Source: Amoebophrya sp. A120
Lineage: Eukaryota > Protista > Dinoflagellata
NCBI GenBank assembly: GCA_905178155.1
Contig: CAJINV010000003.1
Coordinates: forward strand, 10,051,979-10,115,978
Length of the DNA stretch: 64,000 bases
Reading direction: 5' to 3'
Shown: piece by piece, positions 1-11,906 of the stretch
Position numbering within the stretch: position 1 is the stretch's first letter
Layout of the letters: each line of letters begins with the position of its first letter
Made by a program: the position numbers and the translations under genes
Notes under the pieces: generated by a model
Seen by the model: only the letters and a program-made list of their open reading frames with translations
Database searches by the model: none
What the model was told of the DNA's origin: nothing

Positions 1-3000
1 GCGCGCGCGAGCCAGATGGGCGGGCCCTCATTCAATGCGCCCGAGGAACCCGAGCGCCGGAACGGGGCGGCCGCCCACCCACAAGGCCATGCGTGGACCG
101 CCTTCCGGCTTCCGCCATGAAAAAGCGCGCGGGCGGGGAAATTTCCCTGCGGACAGGCCGGGGCCGGCGCGCTCGGGCCAATGCCGTCGCCGTTCAGACA
201 GGAAGCCAGCCTCCGGCAGATTCGGGTAGGTAGAAAAAACCGCAGAGAGTTGCATTAGTTTCAAAGATGGGCCAGCTGCTGCGTCGACGGACGATTTTTC
301 CGGGTGGGTGGCGCCTTCTCTTCTCCGTATAGCCGCAAGGGCGCCCGGGCTCCTTTTTGGGGGCCCCGCCCCATGTTTTCATTCCGTGTTTGAGGGCCTG
401 CAACTTTCGCGCGGCCTGTTTTTGCCCCTTTCGGTTCGCCGTTTGCTTGGTGGGCGCCCCCGGCCTTTTTTCCCCGCCAGGGTGGCAGGTTTTGGGAATG
501 CGTTGGGCCTTTGGTTTTCCAGCCTGGCGGCTGCTTGTGTGCCCCGCGTCGCCTTCGTGTGTTTGGGCCCCCGGGCTTGTGGCTGAAGCACCTACAGCCG
601 AACAGGCGTGCCGGCGGCGGCGGCTTTCGCAGGTTCGCTCAGCCGGCGTGGCGTGCGTGATGGGCGCTTATCAGGTTGCGGCCAAATTCGCTCGGTTGCT
701 TGCCGGCTTTTGTGCGCGTCTTGGGTGTCTTTCTTCTTGGCCGGGCCCGCGATAGTCATGCATCGGGAAGGTGACTCACTGCGATAGCCATTGCGAAGAT
801 AGAAGCGCTCTAAGAGGCAGGCTTGGTTGCGATTCTTTTGGGCCTTCGCACTCGAGAAAATCTTCGCACTCGAGAAAAGGAGCGCGAGCGTTTCATATTT
901 CCAAACTGCGCCACGAATTGGGGGCAAACACAGCGCAAAGCATTACGCAGGGCCCACGCAAGGCAGCGCGGTAAAAGCTGGAAGCCTTCGGGGTGCAGCT
1001 GGCCTTCTGCGCCGCAAACGGGGGTGGCCGGCGGGGTTTTTTTCCTTGGGGGGTGACGCTTGCGCCCTGGGTGTTTTGGGCGCAACCGATTGAAGCCCTG
1101 TCGCGCCTGGCCTACTTCCCGGCTGGGAAGTGTTTTCTTTTGATCCTCAGGCGGCGCCCTGCCGGCGCCGCACTCTGTGCTGCCTTCACTTGGCAGGGCC
1201 TTCGGGGACCCGTGTTTTCTCCCGCTCAACTGCCTCAGTCTGTCTCCGCTTTATGGCCTTCCTGGCGCAGAAGGTGGCGACAAGCGGGGCCCGGAGTTCG
1301 CCCAGTTCGGCCGATTCGTGCGGCCGCGCGCGCCCGCTGCTTGTTCTTTCCCGCCCCCCCTCGTACACCAGCGCGCCGCGCCTTAGCGCGCCACCTTTTG
1401 CGCCCGCCCCGTTGCGCGTAGTCTCCAGCAGGCGACGGCCGGCCGGGCCCGCTCCGGAACTTTGGTGGTGGGCGCGGGCCGGGATTAAAAGCACTAAAAA
1501 CCTTGGAGCTTTTACTTTGGTTGCCGGGCTCAGGCGTCACGCTCTGGAACTTTGACGGCCGAGATTAAGGGCCAAGCCTTACAACTCTGGCGGCCGAGAC
1601 TATGCCAGGGGCGCAAGAAGCTCGGCGCCCGGGATTAGGGGCAAAACTTTGAGGCGTTGCCTATCGAGGTGGAGCAGTTTGCCAATTCGCAAAGCGAAAG
1701 CGGTGGCGTGCGATTGTTGACAAAAAAGCTGGAACGCCGAACAGGCGGCAAAAGGTTTCGAACCCCAGCACTTTGGAAATTCGCGAAAGTTCTCAAAGTT
1801 CGAAAAGTCTGGCAAAATTTGAGGCGTGGGCCGGTAATTTTTTTCCCCCGGCAAGTCGCCGAACTGCCCCCGCTCAGCAGGTGGAGCTGTATGCGAGGGC
1901 GCCGGGACCAGAAAAATAAAAGGGAGGCGGGGAAGTAGGATAAAGCTAAGAGAAGCGGCCCTCCTTTAAAAAGCGCGCCTGTTAATATGTGTGCCATTTC
2001 CAGCATTCCCCCCCTGCCGGCTTGGGCCCTGCGCCCTGCCCCGTGCCGCGGGCACCCACCCTTGCGTGCATGCGGGAGGAGTTCAGGAGGGGGGGGCTGT
2101 TCTCTTGTTGGCCAGCGTTCCACTCTGCGGGGCTGCGGGCCTCTTCTCGTGGTCCGCCCGCAATCCGCGGAGCCGATGCCGCGGACCATTGATTGGCGCC
2201 TTGGGGCCCGAAAGTGTCAACGCGCGGCATTTCCGAAACGTGGCCTGGGGCGGCTGCCTCACGCGTTTGGGATGTTTGAAAACTCCAGCGAAAGGGACCA
2301 CTCCAACCCGGGCGCCTCCTTCGATACAAGCGTAGCCTAGCCAGCGGGCTCCTGCGATGCAGGGGGGCGCGCTATCATGAGTGCTGCGCCCCTCCTCGTC
2401 CTCTGCTGGTGTTGGGAAAGGACAGGCTGGCGCGCAGCTTGCTGCGTGTCAGGGCGGGCGAGAAACTAAAACGCGGCTCGCGCCTGCGCTTCTCTATTCT
2501 GAAGCGCGAACGGAGCAGCCCGCAGGGAAGAGGTGCCGGGCTGTCCCGCGTTGGCCTTCCCAAGTTTGGAACCATTGAGGTGGGCACTTCACCAGCTGGC
2601 GCGCAGCCTAGCCTAGGCCCTAGGAAGTATGGACGCCGTTCATGTGTGCGCCCCTTCGCTGCGGGAAGATAAGTCGCAACACGGAGACACATCAGAGAAG
2701 CTTAACCCGGGAGCGCAACCGCGGGAACAGTCCGTCGGGACTTCGCCGCCCGTTTGTAGAGTGGCACGGCCTTGCGCCGATGCAAAGCAATGGGTTTCAG
2801 AATAGCACGGAGCGCCGCGGGTTTATCGTGACTGCTGTTCTTTAAGTTACTCCGCTGACTCCCTAGCGCATTGGTTTCCGGCGCACTCCCTTCTCCCAGC
2901 GCCGAAAGCTAAAAGTCCGGATTAAGCGATTGCGCTCCTACATGGCCATAAGGACAAGTAGATGCAAACTGGCGAAGCGCCTCAGCCTCTCTAGGTCTTG

Positions 3001-4369
3001 CTGTTGGTTTTGGTTCTTATGCGGCTGGGGTGGAGATATTTTTCTACGTAGTAGATGGAATTCTGCCAGATCGCCGAAACTCGCCAGGCCTGCGCACTTG
3101 CGCACTCTCGAGTGTTGATACAGAGCGTGCCTCTTTTCCGTGCTTGTATGTATTGCAAAAGCATTGCGCGGCGCGGAAAGTCTCCGTAAGGCAGGGGGCG
3201 AAGCATTTTCCGGGGCCCGCCAGAGGCCGGGGCATGTCATGTCTTTGCAGCGGTGAGCGATGGGGGCGGGCCTCGCGGGCCCTGCGACTGGTGGACCGCT
3301 TCGCCACGGCGTGATTTGTCCATTTTCAGCGGCCGAGGCCCGGGTTGCGCTAGAAAGATCACCAGCAAGGGAAAGCCTGCGCGCTGCGGCCAATGAAGCT
3401 CGCGAAAGAAGTTTGTCCGCGTGCCGAGCGGGCGGGCTCGTGGCGTGGACCTTCTCCCGGGCAGGCGGGCCCCGGGACCTGCGCGCGCGAGAGGTGGGCG
3501 ATGGGGGGCAGGAAGGTTAGGCGCTTGCGGCGGCGATTCTCCAGCCGCGCGCTGCGCCCAGCAAGCCACTACACAATCAAAAACGCAAGCGAAGAAGCTG
3601 GCGACGGATGGTCGAAGGGGGGCACGCTAAGCACGGGCGGCCGCCATCGCGGGCGCCCGGGATGGAATGCACAGGATGTGCTCCAGGTAGAGCACGGCGC
3701 TGCAGGGGCAGTGCGCAGGCTGGGCGCGATGGGCGCCCCTGCGCATCCGCGCCGCGGGGGCGGCCGGTGGTCCAGAACGGAGGCCCATCGTGGCGATCAT
3801 ATGCAGCGAGGGGCAGGTGGGGTAGTGTGACGGCAGAAATTGCGGCAAGGAGATGGGCGCATCGGGCTCCGCCGATTTGGGGCGTCCAGGATGAAAGGGG
3901 CGCCGAAAAAGTATTGCCGGGGAGGAAACAGCGAAGCCACGTCCTCGTGGCCTCGCTCCTCGTTTTGGATTGGTTTGCGTTTGGGCCTCGCAAAAGTCGC
4001 CAGCAAAGCCGGCAAACCCCGGCGCGGGCCGACGCCGAAGGCCAAAGGCCGTGCGCAGTTCGTTGCCAAAAAAAAGCAAAAGGGGCCTGATTTGGGGCGC
4101 CCAAGGGGCCTGCCCTGGTGGAGGCCCGGGCGGGGCCACGGCGGGCGGGGGGGGGCTTTCCTTTCTTTGTAAAGGCCGAAAGCTGTCGCGGGGTTTTGCC
4201 CGCGATTTCTATATGTGCGCCAGGACACGCGGAATATAAAAAGAGGCCGGTACGCTCTGAGGCCTAAAACGCGAAACACGACGGCAGCACGCAGGACGCT
4301 TGTCGTTTTCCGGGAAATTAAATGCCGGGAATCACGTATATCGCCCGTGAAACAGGTTGCCCGTTCTCC

Positions 4370-5290
4370 GGGGGATCCACCCTCGCCCCCGGGGATCCGC
4401 CCTCGCCCGGGGGATCCACCCTCGCTCCCGGGGATCCGCCCTCGCCCGGGGGACCCGCCCGTTCCCCGGGGATCCGCCCTCGCCCCCGGGGACCCGCCCG
4501 CATCCCGGGGATCCGCCCTCGCCCGGGGGATCCGCCGTCGCCTCCGGGGATCCGCCCGCCCCCGGGGGCTCCGCCCATTCCCCGGGGGATACGCCCTTTT
4601 CCCCGGCGACCCGCCCTCTTCCCCGGGGATCTGCCCTCAGCCGGGGGACCCGCCCTCGCCCCCGGGGATCCGCCCGCCCCGGGGATCCGCCCATTCCCCG
4701 GGGGATCCGCCCTCTTCCCCGGGGATCCGCCCTCTTCCCGGGGGTCCGCCCATTCTCCGGGGGATCCGCCCTCTTCCCGGGGATCCGCCCGCTCTCCGGG
4801 GGATCCGCCCTCTTCCCCGGGGATCCGCCAACTCTCCGGCGAATCCGCCCTCCTCCCGGGGATCCGCCGTCTTCCCGGGGGATCCGCCCTCTTCCCCGGG
4901 GATCCGCCCTCTTCCCGGGGGTCCGCCCTCTTCCCGGGGGGTCTGCCGGCGCCGCGGGGGATCCGCCCGTTCCCCGAGGGATCCACCCTCGCCCCCCGGG
5001 GATCCGCCCTCGCCCGGGGGATCCGCCCTCGCCCCGGGGGATCCGCCCATTCTCCGGGGGATCCGCCCATTCCTCGGGGGATCCGCCCGTTCCTCGAGGG
5101 ATCCGGCCGCTCCTCGGGGACCCGCCTCCGCTGCTCGGGAGGAGGCCGGCTCTTCGGGGGGGGGGGCCCGCCCGCTCCGCGGGGGGAGGGGGCCCTCCGC
5201 GCGCCGACGGCTCCATCGGTGCCCCGGGGGATCCAACCTACTCTGGGGGGTGCTCCTTAGCTCGGGGGATCCGTCCTCGCCCCGGGGCGT
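4370..5290. repeat. ~20-bp GGGGATCCGCCC(T/G)NNNCCCC tandem minisatellite
   Basis: Dozens of near-identical units, mostly containing GGATCC. They produce spurious P/G/R/S-rich ORFs in all six frames. Confidence 0.95.
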
Positions 5291-6859
5291 TCGACCCGGG
5301 CCCCGGGGATCTCACCTGGCCCCAAGGGGTCCGATATTCGTCCTTGCCCCTCGGACTCAGCCGGCGCCACGGGGTTTCATTCCCTCCCCAACGGACATCC
5401 GGCCAGCCTCGGGTCGGTGGATCCGCCCTTGCGCCAGAGGCTCGGCCCTTCGGTTCGCGGACCCTGCCCGTGTGGCCTTGGTGGTGGGCGCCGGCCGGCA
5501 AACCGGCGCACATTTATTGTGTCGCCGGCAACTGCATGGGCCGGGGCCGTGGCTTTTGCGTTGCTTGTCAAAATGGTCCCGGTTTTGGTTGTCAAGTTGT
5601 CCTGCTGGTTGTCAGAGCGCTGCTGGGACAACCAGCAGCAGAAACAAGAGGCGTTCGCACAGCAACGCGGTGTCTTGATCTGGCAACCAAAGCGTGCGCA
5701 AGCGCTCGCGAGAGCGCTCTGCGAGATGCCCATCCATCGCAAACGCGGCGCGAAGGCTTTGCCGTTACCATATGGGAGGATGGAACTCGGGGGTATGCAA
5801 TCGCTGGCAAATCTGGGCAGTGCTAAGTGTGTTTTGCCTTCAGAAAGCGGATCGGGGGAAAGTTGTGGGAATTTCATCGAAAGCAGCCAAAACAGCAATT
5901 ATCAAGTGGGAAAAGGGTAAAAAAGAGCACTTTTGCAGCTCCGCCCGGTCTGAATCTGAAAAAAGAGAGTGGTATTGTCGGCTAGGGCCGATGGTGTGAT
6001 GCGTTTTCTAGCGAGAAATGCGTCGCGTGCAGGCAGCTCCAGCCGCTTGGAAATTGAAAAAAAATGCTTAAAAAGTGCTATGTTTTGCAGCATACAAGCG
6101 GCAGACAAAATTTACCGATTTTCTGCAGTCCCCGGAAAGCGCTTGGAGATTGAAAGTGACAACTTTTGCTGAAAAAGCGAGAGCCGCTTGAAAATTGCCG
6201 CTCTACAGTGGTTTTTCAAATTGTCACACGGCCCACACCGTCGAGATTGGACGAAGAAAAACAGCTACTAAGCCTGCGGAGGTGTGTCACACGGGCACGG
6301 TTTTCATCCTCTCTGAGGGTCGCGAGATGAGATCTCCTCCCGCTTGAAAATGCCCGATCTGGGTGGCCCAAAAGGGCAGCCGGAAATGAAGAAAATTGCA
6401 TCACTTTTTGAAGTTTGTGCATTTTACCTGGCCAGCGTATCCGGAAGCCCCCGATGACCCACATACCCTCCTGGCCAGGCGGCCAGTTTGTCATGCAGGA
6501 GGCTAGAAAGGATGCCCCGCGGCGAAATAGCAGACCGGATTTCGCCTTCAATGCTTATCGCAGGAGCCTGCGGGCCTCCGCGGGCGACAGTAGTCGTCCG
6601 CGGCCCAATCTAGAAATTAAACAGAAATGGCGCTTCTTCTCGTTTGCGGCGATGTTAGAAGAAGGTTGGTGGGCCTTCGCGCTGGTTAGATTTTCGCGCA
6701 AGCATTTGGTTACCAATATCGCCCTCCGGGCGCGACCTTAATAGCCGAGAGAATGCGCGCCGGTTTGCCGAGATGCCCTGCACTCGAGTACGTTCCAAAA
6801 GGCGCGCCGGTTTGCCGCGATGCTTGCCCTTGGTGCGGCATCCGAGGGCTTCGGAGGTC

Positions 6860-7740
6860 TTCGGCGGCCCCTCTGGAGCGCCCTCCTGCCAAATCGGGGC
6901 CGTGCCATCGGGGGAAGGCCTTCCGAGGCGGCCCAAATTGGGCCAGAGGACTCGCCAGAGGATTTTGGAGTCCTCTGATGAGTCCGCTGGGAAGTCCGCA
7001 GCCCAAATCGGGGCCGTGTCTTCGGGGAGAGCAAGGTCGCCCGTGGCGGTCCAAATTGGGCCAGAGGACTTGGCAGCGGATTTTGGAGTCTTCTGAAGAG
7101 TCCCCTGGATGGAAAGTCCTCCGCTCAAATCGGGGCCGTACCATCGAGGAAAGGGCGCCCGAGGCGGTCCAAATTGGGCCAGCGGACTCTTCAGAGGATT
7201 TTGGAGGCCTCTGACGAGTCCGCTGCCTTGAAAGTCCTCCGCTTAAGTCGGGGCCCTGCCATCGGGGAAAGGCCGCCCGAGGCGGTCCAAATTGGGCCAG
7301 AGGACTCGCCAGAGGATTTTGGGGCCCCCTGGCGATTCCTCTGGAAAGTCCTGCGCTCAAATCGGGGCCGTACCATCGGGGAAAGGCCAGCCGAGGCGGT
7401 CCGAATTGGGCCAGCGGACTCGCCCGAGGATTTTGGAGTCCTGTGGCGAGTCCTCTGGAAGGTCCTCCGCTCAAATCGGGGCCGTACCATCGGGGAAAGG
7501 TCATCCGAGGCGGTCCAGATTGGGCCAGCGGACTCGTCAGAGGATTTTGGAATCCTCTGGCGGGTCCTCTTGGAAATCCTCCGCGCAAATCGGGGCCGTG
7601 CCATTTGGGGAAGGTCGTCCGGGGCGGTCCAAATTGGGACAGGGGACTCGTCGGAGGATTTTGGAGTCCTCCGCCCAAATCGGGGCCGTGCCATCGTGGA
7701 AAGGCCGCGCGTTCGAGGCGGTCCAAATTGGGCCTGAGGA
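6860..7740. repeat. ~120-bp tandem repeat with internal ~20-bp inverted repeat
   Basis: About 7 units of gaggcggtccaaattgggccagaggactcgccagaggattttggagtcctctggcgagtcctctggaaagtcctccgctcaaatcggggccgtaccatcgggg (consensus by eye). Confidence 0.9.
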
Positions 7741-8225
7741 CTTCCGCGGGAAATGTGCGCCGGTTTGCCGCGCCTCCAAATGAATCCGGCGGCAAACGGC
7801 GCGGGGCTCTGCCACTTCGGTCGTTTTTGTGTTGTTTTGAAACGCTTCGCCAAAGCGAACGCAACCACGTGTGGACTGCGTCGCCCCAAGAGGCAAATCG
7901 CGTGACATTTACGAGGCCAACCACGACGGGAGTACTCTCCGGCGGCCGCGCTGGTTTCTGAGGCTACACGAGCGGGGGCGGTTGGTTTTTAGGTCCCACC
8001 GCGTGCCATTCTCGATAAAAGAGTGCTAGGCGTGGCGGCATGTTGGCGCACAACAAAACGGCAGCCCTCGGGGCCCGGCGGCCGCAATGCGTCGGGCGCC
8101 TTGACAAGCGAAACCGCTTTGACGTCGCTGTAGTACTGGCATTGCTTTTTGCTTGGTAGCCTAGAAAAGGCAAAAGGGACGAACTAGCTGCCCCTATCTG
8201 CTATGCCATGGGGAATCACACATAG

Positions 8226-9467
8226 GAAAAGCATTTTAGAGTCCGGATGGCAATCTGTATGAGCGCGATACTTTTGCACCCAGTAGCTCGGCAAAATGTG
8301 GTCTACACGTTGCAAAAGCACGTGCAGCGTGCCGGAGCTCGCAGCCTTGTGGAGCTGCAGTGTCAGGGGTACTGCCTGTACGAGCGTGACCTGCGTCGCA
8401 AAACTGTTGAGGTGCTGGATTTCTTGCGGCAGCACTTTATACCCTGGTGGAACCGCCGTTGCCGGGACTTCTCTCTTTCCCATGAGATGGACCGTGCCAT
8501 TTGTACGATAGGACCGGCACCGCCGCCGGCAGCAAGAGCAAGATCTACACACAGAAAGTCGACATCTTCGTACGATACCCCACCTGGTGCCCAGGAGATC
8601 GACGAACTTTCTGCGAACTACCGGTATTTTGCAGCACGCATTGACGTTTCACAGAGCGTACGCGCAGACCATTCCGTTTTGTATTTTGATGCGAGATTAG
8701 AGGAGCTCATGGCGGTGCTGGCGCAGCGGTTTCAATTGGAGTTCACGCTCGACGCGGCGCAGTCGAACGACGGAAAGTTCGTGTATCATGTTCGCAGTGC
8801 ATTGGGATCATTACAACCTCCACCTCCACGGCTGGAACCGGGCCAAGTACGAGCGCGCACTATTCTTGTGTCTCGGGATGAGCTGCAGCAACCTGCGCAC
8901 ACTACTGCGACTCACCCTGTGCTTCAAGCACTAGTGCAAGCGGAGGGCGTGTACGATGTCACAGAGCCTTGCACTCGCGAAGCAGAAGCACGGGAGGACG
9001 CCCAACAAGTGAGCGATGCAGCGAAGCGGCGTGGACCCGTTGTACGGCCGAGAACGATATCGGGTAAAGTCGAGCTGTGTGCTATGGACGCAGGGGGTCC
9101 AAGCTGGGGAGGCCTCGGGATGCCGCACGCACAGACCGTGGCGCCCGGCCACGTGGTGGTGCGAAATCTGCCGTTTCTCGTCACGGAAGATCCCGACGGC
9201 AACGAGAAGGTGTGCGCCTTGTCGGTGCGCAACTGCGGCACGCTGCTGCATGAACTCGGTCACGCGATCCACTTTTTAGCTACGCCGCTGCCGGAGATCC
9301 TGGCCTTGGAGCACGATATTGCTGAGTTCCCCTCCACCATGATGCAGTTTGTCTTCGAGGAGCCTACTTTTCTCAGAAGCATCGCACTCAGTGCCCGATC
9401 GCGCCGCAAAGGACTGAATCCAGAAAGCCTGTCGCACGCATTCGGCACCGAATGGGACAATACACAC
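8226..9467 (+). CDS. M3A-family metallo-oligopeptidase (thimet oligopeptidase/MIP-like), internal exon containing HEXXH
   Basis: TLLHELGHAIH is followed by DIAEFPSTMM (M3 third-ligand motif), with an upstream GY..Y..L..V..FL pattern. Acceptor catag at 8221-8225 and phase-0 donor cac|GTGAGC at 9468. Upstream exon(s) not identified. Confidence 0.8.
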
Positions 9468-10569
9468 GTGAGCCATGCTGCCGCCCCCAAAAATTATGCT
9501 CAAGAAATGGCAGTTGAAATAAATCCGCGCCTTGTTTTCTTTTTTCCTGCAGTAGCCTGTAAGCTGCGGGCGGCCGCCGTGGATAGTGGTGCCACATGGC
9601 CAATCCGGCATCCCTCGCGAGAAGCTCCGCCCCTGCTGCCCCGAGGAAGTGCAGCGGCTCAGCAGATAGCCACCTGGCCTGGTCGCTGCTGTAGCCCACG
9701 TAGGCCCGGCCGCAGTCGCCATTAGGGAAAAATTCTATGCGCCCCTAACGCGAACCGGCACACCCACAAGGCACAGCTTCGAGCTTTTTGCGCAAGTATG
9801 CAACAGCAAAAAACCCGGCAAATTGCGAAGCCCACGGCAAATAGATCCTGCTCCGGCGAAGGGCGAAAAAATTCTTGTGGCGTTGAGGTTTGATTTTAGT
9901 AGCGTCGCAGAGCATTCTACATCTACGCGCAGAGCCGGCGCCCGTGGTCGCGGGGGGAAGCCGGGCCCGCACCGTGCGGTTTCGCACACAGAGTGATGCG
10001 CTTGTGGCGCCGCCCAACCCCGGCTGTTTGCGCAGCATTTTGGCGGCATTAGAACGGCATTCGCGCGCCATCTAGAGAAGATATCGAAAGCAGCAGGCGG
10101 GGAAAAGCGTGATCCTCCTTATTGATTTGCAGCAGAGCGTGGCTTACCTTTCAAGATCGCGATGCCCAAGTTGAGTTCTTTGCAGCCTGCATGGCGAAGG
10201 CTTTGCATGCGATCGGCAAAGGGCGGAGCTTGCGGCGCCGATAAATTGTTAGCGTCGTCGTGTTCGCGGCGCGCCGGCGGCAGTTTCCGCCTAACCTATC
10301 AACACCCGGCGCACTTCCAGAAGCCGGCGGCGGCCGGGGTTTCTCTAATTATCTGCCTCGCAGGCTCGGCGGGGTTGTGGCTTAAGGAAGTTCATCGGCT
10401 TCGCGAGAAGTTGCGTCAGCATATGAGCGGGCTGGTCAGCCTCAGCTGGCGACAGCCTGCTTTTCCTTGTTGTTTTCTGTCGCCGTCTCCGATTGCGTCG
10501 CAAATGCGGCACTGCTTGGGCCGTAGTCCGTGTCCAAATAAGCGATAGACTACGGGGGCGGGGGCATAG

Positions 10570-11316
10570 TTCACCAGTGTAGCCAGGACTTTTTACAACT
10601 ACCGCATTTGGCGCGACGCGTACGTCTTCAACGAGATATTCGCCACTACAAGGGGCGTGCATCAGCACGCACATAGCGAGTCGGAGTTGCGGGGTTTTAT
10701 CAACGGCATTCTGCTAAAAGCGACAAGCCTGTCCTCGTCGAACGACGGAAGAAGTAGTGCGAAACTTGCCGGGATGAATCACAAGCACAATCACCGAGGG
10801 CGCGCCGTTGGGGTGTCAGAGATGGATAGCTCGAAGCCAAATGCGAGCGGCAAGATGTTCGAGCGATCTGGTTCCACAAGCGGATTGCACCCACTTCTAT
10901 TCCCCGAGGTGGTGGAGATGTTCTGCGACTCTTCTTACTATTCCCGGTTGGCCTACATATTTCCAAGCGTCCGCGCCCGGCAGCAACTCGCGGGCTCTCG
11001 CCAAGAGCTCCAGCACGTGTTCACACGCAACTACTTCGAATACGGTACACCGCACCACTGGTGCCCAACCAAACGGGAGTTTTTGCAGCACTTTTGCCCG
11101 AGCGACGCAATAAATCGAGAAAAAGCACTACAATCGACATTCTTTAGAAGGACCGCGAAACCGAAAGAGCTCTACGTGCCTGAGAAAGATGTCAACCGTC
11201 ATGAGTTCAAATTCGGCTGCCGCAGCTCTGTCGCAGAGGCAGGACACTCAGAGAAACCCGCACGAGCTGAAAGTCATCGACTCGGGTACGAGGGTTGGGA
11301 AAGAAGAAGACGCTGA
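10570..11316 (+). CDS. M3A peptidase, terminal exon
   Basis: In-frame after catag (10565-10569). Contains DSSYYSRLAYIFPSVRA...FTRNYFEYG..EFLQHF, resembling the M3A C-terminal YYSYLW/GG region. Intron 9468-10569 is GT-AG, phase 0. Confidence 0.7.
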   Translation, partial: FTSVARTFYNYRIWRDAYVFNEIFATTRGVHQHAHSESELRGFINGILLKATSLSSSNDGRSSAKLAGMNHKHNHRGRAVGVSEMDSSKPNASGKMFERSGSTSGLHPLLFPEVVEMFCDSSYYSRLAYIFPSVRARQQLAGSRQELQHVFTRNYFEYGTPHHWCPTKREFLQHFCPSDAINREKALQSTFFRRTAKPKELYVPEKDVNRHEFKFGCRSSVAEAGHSEKPARAESHRLGYEGWERRRR

Positions 11317-11884
11317 CTCTACCGTGGCGTAGTTAGCCAACGAATTTGAAAAATGAGTTTAGAGCTGTAACGCGTAAGCACCTTGAAGCATGCAGATGGC
11401 AACTTTTTTCCACTTCTAGCTGACAGATGCAAAATCAAAAAGAAAAAAGCGCCGGAGCACCCGGATCGCCGGAACCGAGATCGCCGACCGGCAAATGTAG
11501 ACTCCCCGGGGCTCGGAGACTCTGGTTCGACCGGCCCGACCTTGCAGCTGCACGTCGCCGCTTCGACCGGCTCGACTTGGAGCTGCAAGGCGATCCGGCA
11601 GATGCGGGGTCGCGGCGGCCCGGCGACTCTGCTTCGACCAGTCCGGCTCTGCAGCTGCAAGTCGGACCGGCAGGAGACGCGCGACCGCAAAGCTCGAAGC
11701 TGATTCTGAAGACTCAAACTCGGAGCCAAGCTCGGAGCTGAATCTGAAACTCAGACTGGAAGGCACTTCTGAGCTTCACACTCGAAGACGAGTCTGAGAC
11801 GCAAACGCAAGCCCGAAAGTGGTAAGAGGCAACGCCAATCACCACCTAAATCCGTCCTTCTGGCAACGCCAGACACCACCTAAC

Positions 11885-11906
11885 TCCGTAGCCATTTTGG
11901 CTCAAG
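11885..11906 (+). other. Dinoflagellate spliced-leader sequence (full 22-nt genomic relic)
   Basis: TCCGTAGCCATTTTGGCTCAAG is an exact match to DinoSL DCCGTAGCCATTTTGGCTCAAG. It is followed by GC rather than GT, so it is more likely a retroposed trans-spliced RNA than an SL-RNA gene. Confidence 0.92.

Larger units (their letters stand above)
4249..8007. mobile_element. TIR-bounded non-autonomous element carrying two minisatellite arrays (copy 1)
   Basis: Left end ggtacgctctgaggcctaaaa (4249-4269) matches the reverse complement of 7987-8007 at 16/21. Module order (GGATCC array, GGCAAACCGGCGCACATTT core, hairpin array) is the same as in 17140-19182. This copy has an extra ~1 kb at ~5765-6770. 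Confidence 0.7.

Noticed and set aside
1-4200. Upstream exons of the M3 peptidase, or RNA genes
   Set aside because: Mostly degenerate, strand-skewed repeat-like sequence. No M3 motif, tRNA cloverleaf or rRNA/snRNA signature was recognised.
4370-5290. CRISPR-like appearance of the GGATCC arrays
   Set aside because: The units are contiguous with no unique spacers, there are no cas genes, and the context is eukaryotic.
4215-5826. Long (up to 489 aa) P/G/R/S-rich ORFs; likewise 6710-7924, 17153-19134, 54204-56782
   Set aside because: They are open in several frames on both strands because the GC-rich repeats lack stop codons. There is no protein signal.
6975-7240. Hammerhead-like CTGANGA-GTCC...GAAA in satellite units
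   Set aside because: CTGANGA arises from variants of the palindromic arm. Stems I/III and the NUH site are not conserved among units.
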